A stretch of DNA of 64,000 nucleotides. It comes from Flavobacterium sp. UBA7663 (GTDB taxonomy: Bacteria > Bacteroidota > Bacteroidia > Flavobacteriales > Flavobacteriaceae). The notes beneath the pieces are model-generated. The model was not told the origin of the DNA. It searched no databases and worked only from the letters and a program-made list of their open reading frames with translations. The translations under genes were made by a program, and so were the position numbers. Where the stretch lies: positions 1,756 through 65,755 of the forward strand of contig NZ_DLHR01000001.1 of the NCBI RefSeq assembly GCF_002483315.1, given 5' to 3'. Position 1 is the first letter of the stretch. Every line of letters begins with the position of its first letter. Positions 1 to 11,072 of this stretch are shown here, one piece after another.

Positions 1-1
1 G

Positions 2-1156
2 TTAGTACGCTTACAATCAGAACATCCAGAAGCAGAAATAAAAGTGGAAAGTTCAGATATCAGAATTTTCTCTGATGACCAATATCGTAATTTAGGACTT
101 AATGTCACTACCGATTTATCAGATTGTGACGTGCTTTTTGGAGTAAAAGAAGTGCCAGTAGATGCTTTAATTCCAAATAAAAAATACTTTTTCTTTTCGC
201 ATACGATCAAAAAACAGCCATACAACCGCAAATTGTTAAAAGCTATTTTAGATAAAAATATCGAATTATACGATCATGAAACTATCGTAGATGCTACCAA
301 TCACAGATTAATTGGCTTTGGTCGTTATGCTGGTTTAGTAGGGGCTTTTAATGGATTCAGAGGATTCGGAATCAAATATGATTTATTCACTTTACCAAAA
401 GCAGAAACCTTAAGTGGTAAAGAAGATTTAATCGCACGTTTAAAACGCCAAACGCTTCCAAATATTAAAATTGTACTTACAGGTCACGGAAAAGTAGGAA
501 TGGGAGCAAAAGAAATTTTAGATGGAATTAAAATCAAGCAAGTTAATGTTGACGACTTTTTAAATAAAAACTATACAGAGCCTGTTTACACTCAAATCGA
601 CGTATTGGATTATAACAAACGTATTGATGGTCAGGTTTTAGATAATACTGATTTTTATAAAAACCCACAAGATTACATTTCTAATTTTGAACGTTTTACG
701 AAAGTTGCTGATATGTACATCGCTGGACATTTTCACGGAAACGGTTCGCCAGATATTTTAACTCGTGAAATGCTTCGTGCTGCTGATAATAAAATTCAAG
801 TAGTTGCCGATATTTCTTGTGATGTAGATGGACCAGTAGCTTGTACAATTAAAGCATCAACAATTGCAGATCCATTTTTTGGATATTTACCAAGCGAACA
901 CAAAGAAGTTTCGTATACACATCCGGCTTCTATCATGGTGATGTCAGTTGATAATTTACCTTGTGAATTACCTAAAGACGCTAGTGAAGGTTTTGGCGAA
1001 ATGTTTATGAAACATGTAATTCCAGCTTTCTTCAACGGAGATAAAGACGGAATTCTTCAAAGAGCCAAAATTACAGAAAAAGGTCAACTTACAGAACGTT
1101 TTAAATATCTACAAGATTACGTTGACGAAAAACAAGAAGCTATAGCTACTAATTAA
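2..1156 (+). CDS. saccharopine dehydrogenase / alanine dehydrogenase-PNT family protein, 5' end outside window
   Basis: The frame of ORF 44..1156 stays open back to base 2, so the GTG at 44 is not the real start. Carries the Rossmann loop [12 protein letters not shown] and an overall AlaDH/PNT-like layout. Confidence 0.7.
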   Translation, partial: LVRLQSEHPEAEIKVESSDIRIFSDDQYRNLGLNVTTDLSDCDVLFGVKEVPVDALIPNKKYFFFSHTIKKQPYNRKLLKAILDKNIELYDHETIVDATNHRLIGFGRYAGLVGAFNGFRGFGIKYDLFTLPKAETLSGKEDLIARLKRQTLPNIKIVLTGHGKVGMGAKEILDGIKIKQVNVDDFLNKNYTEPVYTQIDVLDYNKRIDGQVLDNTDFYKNPQDYISNFERFTKVADMYIAGHFHGNGSPDILTREMLRAADNKIQVVADISCDVDGPVACTIKASTIADPFFGYLPSEHKEVSYTHPASIMVMSVDNLPCELPKDASEGFGEMFMKHVIPAFFNGDKDGILQRAKITEKGQLTERFKYLQDYVDEKQEAIATN

Positions 1157-1163
1157 TAAAAAG

Positions 1164-1186
1164 CCCGATGTGAATCGGGTTTTTTG
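1164..1186 (+). terminator. rho-independent terminator
   Basis: Stem CCCGAT (1164-1169) / ATCGGG (1174-1179) with loop GTGA, followed by a T-run directly after the stop codon at 1156. Confidence 0.7.
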
Positions 1187-1232
1187 TTTTTATAATAAAA
1201 CGTATATATTTGTTAAAACTAATCAAAAACTA

Positions 1233-2888
1233 ATGAGCAATCAAATCAAAACCAATTATCCTGCATTATATACACTAATTACAGTGTTTTTCTTTTGGGG
1301 ATTTATCGCAGCTGGAAACAGTATTTTTATTCCTTTTTGTAAAAGTTATTTCTCACTAGATCAATTTCAATCACAGTTGGTTGATTTTGCTTTTTATACC
1401 GCTTATTACATAGGAGCCTTATTATTGTTTGCTTTGGGTGATTTGTCTGGAAAAGATATCGTAGGAAAATGGGGTTATAAGAAAAGTATTGTTTACGGAT
1501 TATTATTTTCGGCTCTAGGAGCTGGCGCCATGATTATTGCCGTTGAAGCAAGTGTTTACGCCGGAATGTTAGTAGGATTATTTATAGTAGCTTTAGGTTT
1601 TTCATTGCAACAAACTGCAGCCAATCCTTTTGCTATTTTATTAGGTGATCCAAAAACGGGAGCGAGTAGAGTAAATCTTGGAGGCGGAATCAATTCTTTT
1701 GGAACTACGATAGGTCCTATTATTGTGGCATTAGCATTATTTGGTACAGCTGCATCCGTTTCAGACGAACAGATTAAAACATTAGAACTTAATAAAGTAG
1801 TATTACTATATGTTGGAGTAGGCTTATTATTTGTAGCTGCTGCAGCTTTATTTTGGTTTTCAAAAAAAGTACCTAGCGGAATTGCAAACGAACCAATGGA
1901 AAAGGCTAATAAAGCATTAAGAACATTAGTTATTATGACAGTTTTATTAGCTGCTTGTTTTGTGCCTATTTTTAAAACCTATCAATTAGATACAACTAAT
2001 TATTCTCCAGCTGATTTTTCAGATTTAGAACAATACAGAATGCTTTGGCTTTCAGGTGCTTTATTAGTAGTTGTAGGTGGTTTGATGTTTTCTTACACAT
2101 CCGCAAAAAAGAAATCGGAAGGTTGGGGAGCAATGCAATATCCTCAATTGGTTTTAGGAATGTTAGCGATATTTACCTATGTTGGAGTAGAAGTTGCTGT
2201 TGGAAGTAATTTAGGTGAATTATTAAAATTAGATGAATTTGGAGGTTTACAATCTTCAGAAATTGCACCTTACATTTCAATGTATTGGGGAAGTTTAATG
2301 ATTGGAAGATGGGCAGGAGCTATCAGTGTTTTCAATTTGCAAGGAATGAAGAAAACATTAGCTTTACTTATTATACCAATTATCGCATTCGGAATTATTT
2401 TAGGAGTGAATATCATTTCTGGAAAAGATATGAAACCCTTGTATTGGTATATCGTTTGTGTGATTATTCAAATTATAGCTTTCTTTTTGAGTAAAGATAA
2501 ACCGGCAAGAACCTTAATGATTTTTGGAACTTTTGGTGTAATTGCTATGTTAATTGGATTATTTAGCACAGGAACAATTGCTATTTATGCCTTTTTATCT
2601 GGTGGATTGGCTTGTAGTATTATGTGGCCTTCTATTTTTAGTTTGTCAATTATTGGATTAGGAAAATATACTTCGCAAGGTTCAGCTTTCTTGGTAATGA
2701 TGATTTTAGGTGGTGGAATTATTCCTCCCTTACAAGGAAAATTATCTGATATTATAGGAATTCACCAATCGTATATTGTAGCGGTTGTTTGTTTCGCTTA
2801 TTTGACTTTATTTGCTGTATTAGTAAAAGGTATTTTGAAAAAACAAAACATCGATGTAGATGCTATTGAAGCGGAGGGAAGTCATTAG
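1233..2888 (+). CDS. MFS transporter, FucP / glucose-galactose permease-like
   Basis: 12-TM-type hydrophobic profile and an N-terminus ([23 protein letters not shown]) typical of the FucP subfamily. The ATG at 1233 was chosen because the tracked start at 1170 lies inside the upstream terminator. Confidence 0.75.
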   Translation: MSNQIKTNYPALYTLITVFFFWGFIAAGNSIFIPFCKSYFSLDQFQSQLVDFAFYTAYYIGALLLFALGDLSGKDIVGKWGYKKSIVYGLLFSALGAGAMIIAVEASVYAGMLVGLFIVALGFSLQQTAANPFAILLGDPKTGASRVNLGGGINSFGTTIGPIIVALALFGTAASVSDEQIKTLELNKVVLLYVGVGLLFVAAAALFWFSKKVPSGIANEPMEKANKALRTLVIMTVLLAACFVPIFKTYQLDTTNYSPADFSDLEQYRMLWLSGALLVVVGGLMFSYTSAKKKSEGWGAMQYPQLVLGMLAIFTYVGVEVAVGSNLGELLKLDEFGGLQSSEIAPYISMYWGSLMIGRWAGAISVFNLQGMKKTLALLIIPIIAFGIILGVNIISGKDMKPLYWYIVCVIIQIIAFFLSKDKPARTLMIFGTFGVIAMLIGLFSTGTIAIYAFLSGGLACSIMWPSIFSLSIIGLGKYTSQGSAFLVMMILGGGIIPPLQGKLSDIIGIHQSYIVAVVCFAYLTLFAVLVKGILKKQNIDVDAIEAEGSH

Positions 2889-2915
2889 AAATATAAAGTA
2901 AAAAGAACAAAGTAT

Positions 2916-2959
2916 AGAACTCCGTCAGAATTTAAAACTCTGACGGAGTTCTGTTTTTT
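2916..2959. terminator. bidirectional terminator between convergent genes
   Basis: Perfect 14-bp stem AGAACTCCGTCAGA (2916-2929) / TCTGACGGAGTTCT (2939-2952), with A-rich sequence upstream and T6 downstream. Confidence 0.75.
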
Positions 2960-4253
2960 ATTTATTCCATTCAATCTTTCTCGAGAAATACATCACAGCA
3001 GCTAATATTAAGAACAATCCAATGCTGCCAACTAACAACGCATAATCTTCTAATTGGATAATTACATAAATAAAAGTATATAAAACACTCAACGAAGCTC
3101 CAATGAACATTGGGAATTTTTTATCCTTTAAAATGGAAATCGAATAAAGCGAAATCATAATGATTACCGATGCTCCAGCAATCAAGTAAGCAAATGAAAA
3201 CGTACTGTGTTCAGTAATCGAAATCAATAAGGTATAAAACATAATCAAAGCAATTCCAATCATTGAATATTGAAAAATATGAATGTTGATTTTACTTATC
3301 GACTGAATTAAAAAGAAAATCAAAAACGTTAATCCAATAACTAAAAAACCATATTTAGAAGCACGTTCGTTTTGTTGATATTCGTCAACTGGCGTAATGA
3401 AATCTACTGCAAAAGCGTATTTTCCTAATTCAGGTAAAACTTCAAAATAGTTTTGTGCAAACGGACGATTGAAGTGTAATATTTTCCAATTAGCTTCAAA
3501 ACCGTTATCTGTAATTTCTCTTGAAATAGGTGAGAAGTTTCCGTTAAAGTTCGGCGAATTCCAATTAGAGGTTATCTTGGCATCAGTAGTTTTTCCAATC
3601 GGAACCATTTTTACTTGCTTACTTCCATTGAACGAAATGGTAAAGTTGTATTTTGCTTCGTTTTGAATATTTTGGTAATTAAAATAATTGGTTTCTAGGC
3701 TTTCAATGCTATCATTCGAACTGCTTGCTACCGATTCAAAAGCCAAATTCTGATTCCCAATTTTCATTTTTACTTCATCTTTCAGACTTTTCAAGTTGGT
3801 AGTACGAATTAAAATTTTAGCACGATTCCAATAAATATTTTCAGCAGGAATTCCTTTTGAAGCGAAATTTGGATTGGTATAATTTCCATCAAATTGCATT
3901 TTGGTGGTAAACACATTCGATTTGTAAATACTTCTTTCCAAAGGTTTTACCATGGTAACTTCGGTTTTGTTGTTCAAGGTTTCTGGAAAGAAATAGGCAT
4001 AATTATTAGCACCCGACATTGGGTCTTTGTAAGGTACTTTTAAAATTGGTCCGTAAAAATAAACGGAATTTCCCCATTTGGAAGTGGTTTCGGTAATGAC
4101 TTCTTTTTGACGTTGACTTCTCTCTACAATTAATTCTTGCACTAAAGCAAGCGGAATGATTAATACTATGGTTAGAATCCCAACCATAATCATTTTAGCG
4201 GTTGTGGTTTGAAAGAACGGTACTTTTGGTTCTTGTTGAAATTGTGTTTCCAT
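2958..4253 (-). CDS. creD: cell envelope integrity / inner membrane protein CreD
   Basis: 431 aa. One N-terminal TM helix, a large periplasmic domain and a C-terminal cluster of TM helices. The N-terminal LALVQELIVERSQRQKEV motif is typical of the CreD family. Confidence 0.8.
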   Translation of the reverse strand: METQFQQEPKVPFFQTTTAKMIMVGILTIVLIIPLALVQELIVERSQRQKEVITETTSKWGNSVYFYGPILKVPYKDPMSGANNYAYFFPETLNNKTEVTMVKPLERSIYKSNVFTTKMQFDGNYTNPNFASKGIPAENIYWNRAKILIRTTNLKSLKDEVKMKIGNQNLAFESVASSSNDSIESLETNYFNYQNIQNEAKYNFTISFNGSKQVKMVPIGKTTDAKITSNWNSPNFNGNFSPISREITDNGFEANWKILHFNRPFAQNYFEVLPELGKYAFAVDFITPVDEYQQNERASKYGFLVIGLTFLIFFLIQSISKINIHIFQYSMIGIALIMFYTLLISITEHSTFSFAYLIAGASVIIMISLYSISILKDKKFPMFIGASLSVLYTFIYVIIQLEDYALLVGSIGLFLILAAVMYFSRKIEWNK

Positions 4254-4288
4254 GATGTTTGATTTATAATTTTATTAAGTTAATGTGT

Positions 4289-4588
4289 TTAAAGAGTTGA
4301 GATTACAATTAGAAAGTAGACGAATGAGATAGGTACATTAGCAAATAGAATTAATGCTTGTCTTTCGATTTTATGCCTACTTTGAATCTCAGTAAACCAA
4401 TCAATTATAAGTTTCAAAAACATTAATCCGTTTACAAGAAATGCAATCAATACATAATAAATTCCGATTACTATTATTATATCCGATTTTTTAAATATAA
4501 AATGAAGTAATAATAATACTGTACCAATTCCAAACGATACAATTGCCATTTGAATAGCAAGAGGAAGCTTTAAAAAATCTTTTTCCAT
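4289..4588 (-). CDS. small membrane protein (3 TM), function unknown
   Basis: 99-aa hydrophobic ORF lying between the regulator cluster and creD. Confidence 0.5.
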   Translation of the reverse strand: MEKDFLKLPLAIQMAIVSFGIGTVLLLLHFIFKKSDIIIVIGIYYVLIAFLVNGLMFLKLIIDWFTEIQSRHKIERQALILFANVPISFVYFLIVISTL

Positions 4589-4696
4589 GTGGTTTTTATT
4601 TTTGTTTTAGCCTCAGTACTGATGTTTTTTGTGATTTCAATTCCGATAAAGAATAAAATTCCGATCGTCATACTAATGTTAATGAGTTTGTTCATG

Positions 4697-5152
4697 TTAT
4701 TGAATATTAAATGTTTGTTGAATAGTTGAAAGCGGCATTGAAAGCATTTTAAAAAAGTCTAAATCATAAAACTGATGTGCTTTTTTACCTCTTTTATAAT
4801 TATTGTAAAAGCTTTTATATTCAAAAGGGTAGAAGAGTATACCAGTACCAATCACAATAAAAACAAACGGACTTCTTTTTCCATTTCCTAATAATATAAA
4901 TTGCATATCAATTTCATCTTTAACTGAAATTCCTGTATTGGTCAACACATGAAAAACATCATGTTCTTCCAAAGTAGCTTGAATATTGAAATTGTATTTT
5001 AGCAAAAAACAACCATAATGAAATCCCAAACTGTCTTGAGGAAGTTTTAGAAAATCTTGAAATGAAATATCCCAAGCTTTAGTTTGTTTAAACAAAAACT
5101 GATAAGGAACTTTGATGATTCGGTACAAGGTTTCAATTATGATTTCTTTCAT
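4697..5152 (-). CDS. Coq4-like HDxxH-motif protein
   Basis: EEHDVFHVLTNTGISVKDE fits the HDxxH-x10/11-E zinc-ligand motif of the Coq4 family. Confidence 0.45.
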   Translation of the reverse strand: MKEIIIETLYRIIKVPYQFLFKQTKAWDISFQDFLKLPQDSLGFHYGCFLLKYNFNIQATLEEHDVFHVLTNTGISVKDEIDMQFILLGNGKRSPFVFIVIGTGILFYPFEYKSFYNNYKRGKKAHQFYDLDFFKMLSMPLSTIQQTFNIQ

Positions 5153-5209
5153 TTTTTATTAAATTTAAAAGTACTTTGAATTTCAAAGTAAATAGATAAA
5201 AAAATAGAT

Positions 5210-5506
5210 TTAACTTTTTTTGATTAATTTTTCAAGCGCCTCGATGTGAGAAGTAAAAGCAATTCTTCCTTCTTTTGTAGCACTATATTTTGTGTTGGGC
5301 TTTTTGCCAATAAACTGTTTCTCAATTTGAATGTAATTTTCTAATTCTAATGCTTTAGTATGCGAAGCTAAGTTGCCATCGGTTACGCCTAAAAGTTCCT
5401 TTAGCATATTAAAATCAGCACTTTCATTGACCATCAATATCGACATAATCCCCAAACGAATTCGGTGATCAAAGGCCTTGTTAATATTTTGGATGATGTT
5501 AAGCAT
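5210..5506 (-). CDS. winged-helix transcriptional regulator (ArsR/MarR-like small wHTH)
   Basis: 98 aa. RIRLGIMSIL...FNMLKELLGVTDGNLASHTKALE is a typical HTH plus wing layout. Confidence 0.7.
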   Translation of the reverse strand: MLNIIQNINKAFDHRIRLGIMSILMVNESADFNMLKELLGVTDGNLASHTKALELENYIQIEKQFIGKKPNTKYSATKEGRIAFTSHIEALEKLIKKS

Positions 5507-5522
5507 GATTTAGTTTAAAAGG

Positions 5523-6149
5523 TTAATAGTTATCGAATATAGTTTCAACCATATTTGATTCATATAATTGAGAAGGCGCAACAACTGCCTCGTTATAAGG
5601 AATTTTATTACCATATCTTTCCTTCATAATACTTTTTACAATCGGACTATCGAGATTAAAATCCTTAAGTTTTTTGGTTTTACATAATTCAATATTAGCT
5701 CCACTTTTATAAATTTTCCAAACCAATTCAGAACAATATATTTTATCATCACTCCATTCAAAGTATAAATCATAATCTTTGTTATTCATTGATTTTCCGT
5801 AAGACTTCATTTTTAGTAAAACTTCATTAGTCAATATTTTATCTGAGTTTCTTAATCTTTTTACAGCATATTTAGCATCTTTTCCATGAGAAATCCAATC
5901 TTCAAGCAAAGTCATTTTAACAGGTTGAACCGCTTCATATACGTAAGTTTTACCATTTTCAATAAAGATGATTCCACAATGAGAAAATTTTGAATTAGTT
6001 GCAATTTTAACTGCTTCACATTGTTTAGATTGTGAAGTTTGAAAAATGATATCACCATTTTGAAAAGCAACTTCTTTACTATTGATTTCTTTACAATTAA
6101 ATGAAATAAAAATTAAACCAAAGAAAAGCGATACAATTAGATTTTTCAT
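5523..6149 (-). CDS. YiiX/YaeF family permuted papain-like amidase (secreted)
   Basis: Signal peptide; GDIIFQTS...FSHCGII and YCSELVWKIY motifs of the C92 permuted NlpC/P60 family. Confidence 0.7.
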   Translation of the reverse strand: MKNLIVSLFFGLIFISFNCKEINSKEVAFQNGDIIFQTSQSKQCEAVKIATNSKFSHCGIIFIENGKTYVYEAVQPVKMTLLEDWISHGKDAKYAVKRLRNSDKILTNEVLLKMKSYGKSMNNKDYDLYFEWSDDKIYCSELVWKIYKSGANIELCKTKKLKDFNLDSPIVKSIMKERYGNKIPYNEAVVAPSQLYESNMVETIFDNY

Positions 6150-6150
6150 C

Positions 6151-6774
6151 TTATTTTCTCTCGTATTTAAAATACATTAAACTTCCATATAAAATGTGGC
6201 AACCTCCAAAACCTAATGCCCAGAATAATAATCCATAACCTAAGAACCAAGTCGATAATAAGCCTAAAGCTATCATAGTAATTCCTAAATAACGAACATC
6301 TCCCAAAGTATATTTACTTGCATTTACGCAAGCTAATCCGTAGAATATCAAAGTTAATGGAGCAACTAAACCCAACATGTTTTTTTCGATTAAAAAGATA
6401 ATTAAAAATCCACCAGTTGCCAAAGGAATCATAAAGTTGATAACCAATCTTTTTGAAGCGGTATTCCATACATTTTCATGACTTTTTCTCGCTTTACTGA
6501 TACTTAAAACAATCCCAGTTACAATTGACAACACCAAAACGGATGTTGCTATTATCAATAATCGAATTACAGCAGCTTCAGAAATGATTAAATCACGATA
6601 AGCACCCATTGTTGAAGTATCAAAGTAAATGGTTTTATAAGCTAACCATGCTCCAATTAAAGCATAAATACCGGCTAAAATTCCCGATAAACCACTCAAA
6701 GATATGAAACGTGATGATTTGTTCATCAAATTTTTGATTTCGGTAATGTCGTTAAGATATTTCTCGTTTTTCAT
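6151..6774 (-). CDS. integral membrane protein, function unknown
   Basis: Multi-TM ORF. The start was moved to MKNEKYL (6774) because the tracked start at 6855 overlaps the divergent gene's upstream region. Confidence 0.5.
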   Translation of the reverse strand: MKNEKYLNDITEIKNLMNKSSRFISLSGLSGILAGIYALIGAWLAYKTIYFDTSTMGAYRDLIISEAAVIRLLIIATSVLVLSIVTGIVLSISKARKSHENVWNTASKRLVINFMIPLATGGFLIIFLIEKNMLGLVAPLTLIFYGLACVNASKYTLGDVRYLGITMIALGLLSTWFLGYGLLFWALGFGGCHILYGSLMYFKYERK

Positions 6775-6860
6775 TTTAAAGTACTTTGAAATACAAAGTA
6801 AATAATAAATATTTTGTTGACCAAACATTTTTTGCATTATTTTTGAAAAAATCATTTTTA

Positions 6861-7211
6861 ATGAAACCTACAGAAGCATATATACTCCGTCAACCTGAAC
6901 TATATCAATCAATGATGCTACATGTATTAGCAGTAGTAGAGCAGGAGCTTTCGCAATCTGAATTGCTTTTTAAATGGGGCATTCCGTATGTTTATTATAA
7001 CAAAAAACCATTTTGTTATTTGGCACCCAATCTTAAAAAAGGCTTTTTGGATGTTGGGTTTGCCAAAGGTTTTCAGTTAAAAAGGAATCAAGCAACTTTA
7101 ATTGATGAAAAGAGAAACACAGTAAAATCCTTGCGTTATTTTTCTATTGAAGAAATAGATAATACTGTTTTAATTGATGTTATTTCAGAAGCGAAATTAC
7201 TCTATAAATGA
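6861..7211 (+). CDS. DUF1801 domain protein
   Basis: 116 aa from the ATG at 6861. Resembles YdhG/DUF1801-type small proteins. Confidence 0.5.
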   Translation: MKPTEAYILRQPELYQSMMLHVLAVVEQELSQSELLFKWGIPYVYYNKKPFCYLAPNLKKGFLDVGFAKGFQLKRNQATLIDEKRNTVKSLRYFSIEEIDNTVLIDVISEAKLLYK

Positions 7212-7341
7212 TTTCAATTAATATCAAAGGCAAAACTATTTACTTAAAACACTTTAGTTTAAGCAAAATTTAAGAAGCAATTAAGCCATACTTAAGATAA
7301 ATTAAATCACTTAAATTCAACTTTGTATAAAATTAGTTTTT

Positions 7342-9300
7342 ATGCAAGTTGTCTCATTTTTTTCAAAAAGATATAGTCTTCTATTTGGATTTTCAAGTTG
7401 GTATTTATTGTTTTCGTTGCTACTTAGAATAATTTTTTTGGTTTGGCAATTAAATGATATAGAGCTTTCTGTATTTAGTTTAGCTAAAATTTTAGGAGTT
7501 GGATTGTTTTATGACTTTGGTGTGCTGTCGTTTTTGTTTGTGATTAGCACCTTTTATATTTTATTAATTCCTCAAAAATGGATAGGTAGTAAGCTAGATA
7601 AACTTCTAATTCATTCAGGTTTATCTTTAACATTGCTCATTTTTGTTTTTACTTTTTTTGCCGAAATCACATTTTGGGAAGAATTCAAATGCAGATTTAA
7701 TTTTGTTGCGGTAGATTATTTAATTTACACATTTGAAGTCGTACAAAACATTCACGAGTCGTATCCATTATATATATTAATTCCATCAATGCTTTTGATA
7801 ACTGGAGTTATTTTTTTCTATTTCTGGAAAAAACAGTTTTTCATTGAAACATTTAGCTCTAGAATTTCTTTCAAAAAACGAATAATTTCTTTTTGGGTAT
7901 CTATAATTGTGATGTCTTTTTACACATTATTCATTACTAATTCAAATGCAGAATGGTCAACAAATCGTTACAATAATGAAATTTCTAAAGCTGGAATTTA
8001 CTCTTTCTTTGCAGAATTAAGAAATAATAAATTAGATTTTAAAACATTCTATACCTCAATTTCCGACGAAGAAGCATTTAAAATTGTTAGAACAAACTTA
8101 CAAGAAGAAAATGCAAGATTTATAGCAAATGACTTTTCAATAAAACGAAAAATAACAGATAGTTTAGACACGAATAAAAAGCCAAACGTAGTTTTTATTT
8201 TGATTGAAAGTATGAGCGGAAGTTTTATGAGTGAATTTGGGAACGAAGAAAAAATCACACCATTTTTAGACAGCATTGCCAACGAAAGTTTATTCTTTAA
8301 AAATCTATATGCAACGGGAAATAGAACTGTTAGAGGTATGGAAGCGGTAACCTTATCAATTCCACCAACACCAGGTCAAAGTATTGTAAAAAGACCAAAT
8401 AATGCTAATTTATATACGATTTCAAATGTATTTAAAAGCAAAAATTATCAATGTAATTTCTTTTATGGTGGTGATGGTTATTTTGACAACATGAATGCCT
8501 TTTATGGCGGAAATGGTTTTGATATCTATGATAGAGGTAGAGGTAGCATTTTAAGTGATGCAATTAAAACTACACGTCATAATATTGAAGATAATGAGGT
8601 TACATTTGAAAATGCTTGGGGAATTTGTGACGAAGATATTTACAATAAAATGATTAAAGTTGCAGATGAATATCATCAAAAAAACAAACCTTTTTTAAAT
8701 TTTATCATGACAACATCAAACCACAGACCTTATACCTATCCAAATAATAAAATTGATATTCCTTCAGGAACTGGTAGAAATGGTGCTGTAAAATACTCCG
8801 ATTATGCATTGCAACAAATGTTTGCCAAAGCAAAAAACAAGCCTTGGTTTAAAAATACAATTTTTGTTTTTGTAGCAGATCATTGTGCAAGTAGCGCTGG
8901 AAAAGACGAAATTGATGTCAAAAATTATCAAATTCCAGCAATTATTTATGGACAAAATTTAATTCAACCTCAAAAGGTAACAAAATTATGTAGTCAAATA
9001 GATGTTTTTCCAACACTTTTTGGTCAATTGCATTGGAATTATACGTCAAACTTTTTTGGAACAGATGTTTTATCAAATAGTTATAAAGAAAGAGCTTTAA
9101 TGGGAACATATTTAAAATTAGCTCAAAAAAGCAATAATAATATTACCATTTTATCAAACCAAAAAAAGAGTGCAAATTATAAATGGAATCCAATTTCTAA
9201 TCAATTGTTTATATCACCTATAAGTAAATCAAAACTTTATGAAACAATTGCATGGTATGAAACTGCTGATTATCTATATTTGAATAATAAATTGAAGTAA
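7342..9300 (+). CDS. LTA synthase family / sulfatase-domain phosphoglycerol-transferase-like membrane protein
   Basis: N-terminal block of 5 TM helices followed by an alkaline-phosphatase-superfamily domain (VFILIESMS, NRTVRGMEA, ADHC). Confidence 0.75.
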   Translation: MQVVSFFSKRYSLLFGFSSWYLLFSLLLRIIFLVWQLNDIELSVFSLAKILGVGLFYDFGVLSFLFVISTFYILLIPQKWIGSKLDKLLIHSGLSLTLLIFVFTFFAEITFWEEFKCRFNFVAVDYLIYTFEVVQNIHESYPLYILIPSMLLITGVIFFYFWKKQFFIETFSSRISFKKRIISFWVSIIVMSFYTLFITNSNAEWSTNRYNNEISKAGIYSFFAELRNNKLDFKTFYTSISDEEAFKIVRTNLQEENARFIANDFSIKRKITDSLDTNKKPNVVFILIESMSGSFMSEFGNEEKITPFLDSIANESLFFKNLYATGNRTVRGMEAVTLSIPPTPGQSIVKRPNNANLYTISNVFKSKNYQCNFFYGGDGYFDNMNAFYGGNGFDIYDRGRGSILSDAIKTTRHNIEDNEVTFENAWGICDEDIYNKMIKVADEYHQKNKPFLNFIMTTSNHRPYTYPNNKIDIPSGTGRNGAVKYSDYALQQMFAKAKNKPWFKNTIFVFVADHCASSAGKDEIDVKNYQIPAIIYGQNLIQPQKVTKLCSQIDVFPTLFGQLHWNYTSNFFGTDVLSNSYKERALMGTYLKLAQKSNNNITILSNQKKSANYKWNPISNQLFISPISKSKLYETIAWYETADYLYLNNKLK

Positions 9301-9426
9301 ACTTAATTTTTACTTAAACCCGAAACACGAATGCAATATGTAATCATTTTTGCTGTTATTTTGTAATAGTATTAAAGTAAAAATTATAAAAGCTATTCTC
9401 CCTATATAGTTAATGAATTAAAAAGC

Positions 9427-9873
9427 ATGAAAAAGATGAAAAAAATCGCAATAATAACTTTCGTTTTCTTATCCAGTTTTAGTTTTGCTCAAGAATGGCA
9501 AACTAATTTTGAAGAAGCAAAAAAAATAGCAACCGAACAAGATAAAAATGTAGTAATCGTTTTTTCAGGTTCAGATTGGTGTGCTCCATGTATCAAATTA
9601 GATAAAAATATTTGGCAATCAGAAGCTTTTAAAAAAGAGGCAAAAGAAGAATGGGTTTTAGTTAAAGCCAATTTTCCAAGAAAAAAAGCCAATGAATTAC
9701 CAAAAGAGCAAACGGAACATAACAGAAAATTAGCCGAAAAATATAATGTAGAAGGCAGTTTTCCATTGGTTGTAGTTTTGGATAAAAATGGAAAAGTATT
9801 AGGAAAAATGGGATTCAAGAACGTTTCTCCTGAAGAATATATCAAAATGATTCACGCATTAGAGAAAAAATGA
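9427..9873 (+). CDS. secreted thioredoxin-fold protein
   Basis: Signal peptide plus the WCAPC active-site motif. Confidence 0.8.
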   Translation: MKKMKKIAIITFVFLSSFSFAQEWQTNFEEAKKIATEQDKNVVIVFSGSDWCAPCIKLDKNIWQSEAFKKEAKEEWVLVKANFPRKKANELPKEQTEHNRKLAEKYNVEGSFPLVVVLDKNGKVLGKMGFKNVSPEEYIKMIHALEKK

Positions 9874-10853
9874 GAGTAGTAACAATTCTTTTATTTGCTT
9901 TAGCAACAAGTAGTTCATTTGGTCAACAAATTTTTAAGAAAAAACAAAATTTGTTAGGAAGTCCATTTGAAATTACGGTTGTCGCTACAGATTCAATTCA
10001 GGGAAATCAATACACTGATTTGGCCATAGCCGAAGTAAAACGAATTGAAAATTTAATTTCTGATTGGATTCCGACGACTCAAATTTCAAAAGTGAATCAA
10101 AATGCTGGAATTACACCAGTTAAAGTAGATAAAGAAGTATATGATTTGGTTGAAAGAGCTACAAAAATTTCAAAATTAACTTCAGGAGCATTTGATATTA
10201 GCTATGCATCAATGGATAAAATTTGGAAATTTGACGGAAGCATGAAGGAAATGCCATCTCCAGAAGCTATTAAAAAATCGGTTGAAAGAGTTGGTTATCA
10301 AAACATAATTCTAAATCCAAAAGACACCACAATTTTCCTTAAAAACAAAGGAATGAAGTTAGGTCTTGGAGGAATTGGTCAAGGTTATATAGCAGATAAG
10401 ATTAAAGTTTTACTTCAAGAAAAAGGGTGTAAAAGTGGAATAGTCAATGTTTCAGGTGATATAAATACTTGGGGGAAACAACCTAATGGTGACCTTTGGA
10501 CTGTTGGAATTGTTAATCCGATGAACAAAAACAAAGTATTTGCCACGTTTCCATTAGATGATAGTGCGGTTGAAACTTCAGGAAGTTATGAAAAGTTTGT
10601 TACGTTCAACGGAAAACGCTATTCGCACATTATTGATCCAAGAACAGGTTATCCAGCAAGCGGAATTGTAAGTGTGTCTGTTTTTTCAAAACAAACTGAA
10701 TTAGCAGATGCTTTAGCCACTGGAATTTTCGTTTTAGGAGTAGAAGTTGGTTTAGATTTAATCAATCAATTAAACGGAATAGGTTGTATTATTGTTGATG
10801 ATAAAGGCACAATTCACATATCAAAAAATATAGACATTAAAAAATATCAGTAA
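9870..10853 (+). CDS. apbE: FAD:protein FMN transferase ApbE
   Basis: ApbE family motifs (AFDISYASM, GGIGQGY, TSGSYEKF). The start overlaps the thioredoxin stop by 4 nt. Confidence 0.85.
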   Translation: MRVVTILLFALATSSSFGQQIFKKKQNLLGSPFEITVVATDSIQGNQYTDLAIAEVKRIENLISDWIPTTQISKVNQNAGITPVKVDKEVYDLVERATKISKLTSGAFDISYASMDKIWKFDGSMKEMPSPEAIKKSVERVGYQNIILNPKDTTIFLKNKGMKLGLGGIGQGYIADKIKVLLQEKGCKSGIVNVSGDINTWGKQPNGDLWTVGIVNPMNKNKVFATFPLDDSAVETSGSYEKFVTFNGKRYSHIIDPRTGYPASGIVSVSVFSKQTELADALATGIFVLGVEVGLDLINQLNGIGCIIVDDKGTIHISKNIDIKKYQ

Positions 10854-11063
10854 ATGAAAAAGATAATTTTAGTTGTAATAGTTGTTTTTTCAGCTATTTC
10901 ATGCAACACCGTTAAAGAGTACGATAAACAATATATCAATGATCCAGAAATGAAACTTTCTGCCAGAAGTTCAGAGCGTTTTGAAACCACTTTTCAAGTG
11001 TATCGCGAAGCTGCTTCAGGAGCAAATGGTGGAAAAACAGGTGGTGGCTGTGGATGTAATTAA
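10854..11063 (+). CDS. DUF4266 lipoprotein
   Basis: 69 aa. Lipobox (AISC) and a C-terminal GGGCGCN tail characteristic of DUF4266. Confidence 0.7.
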   Translation: MKKIILVVIVVFSAISCNTVKEYDKQYINDPEMKLSARSSERFETTFQVYREAASGANGGKTGGGCGCN

Positions 11064-11072
11064 TTGAGAAAA

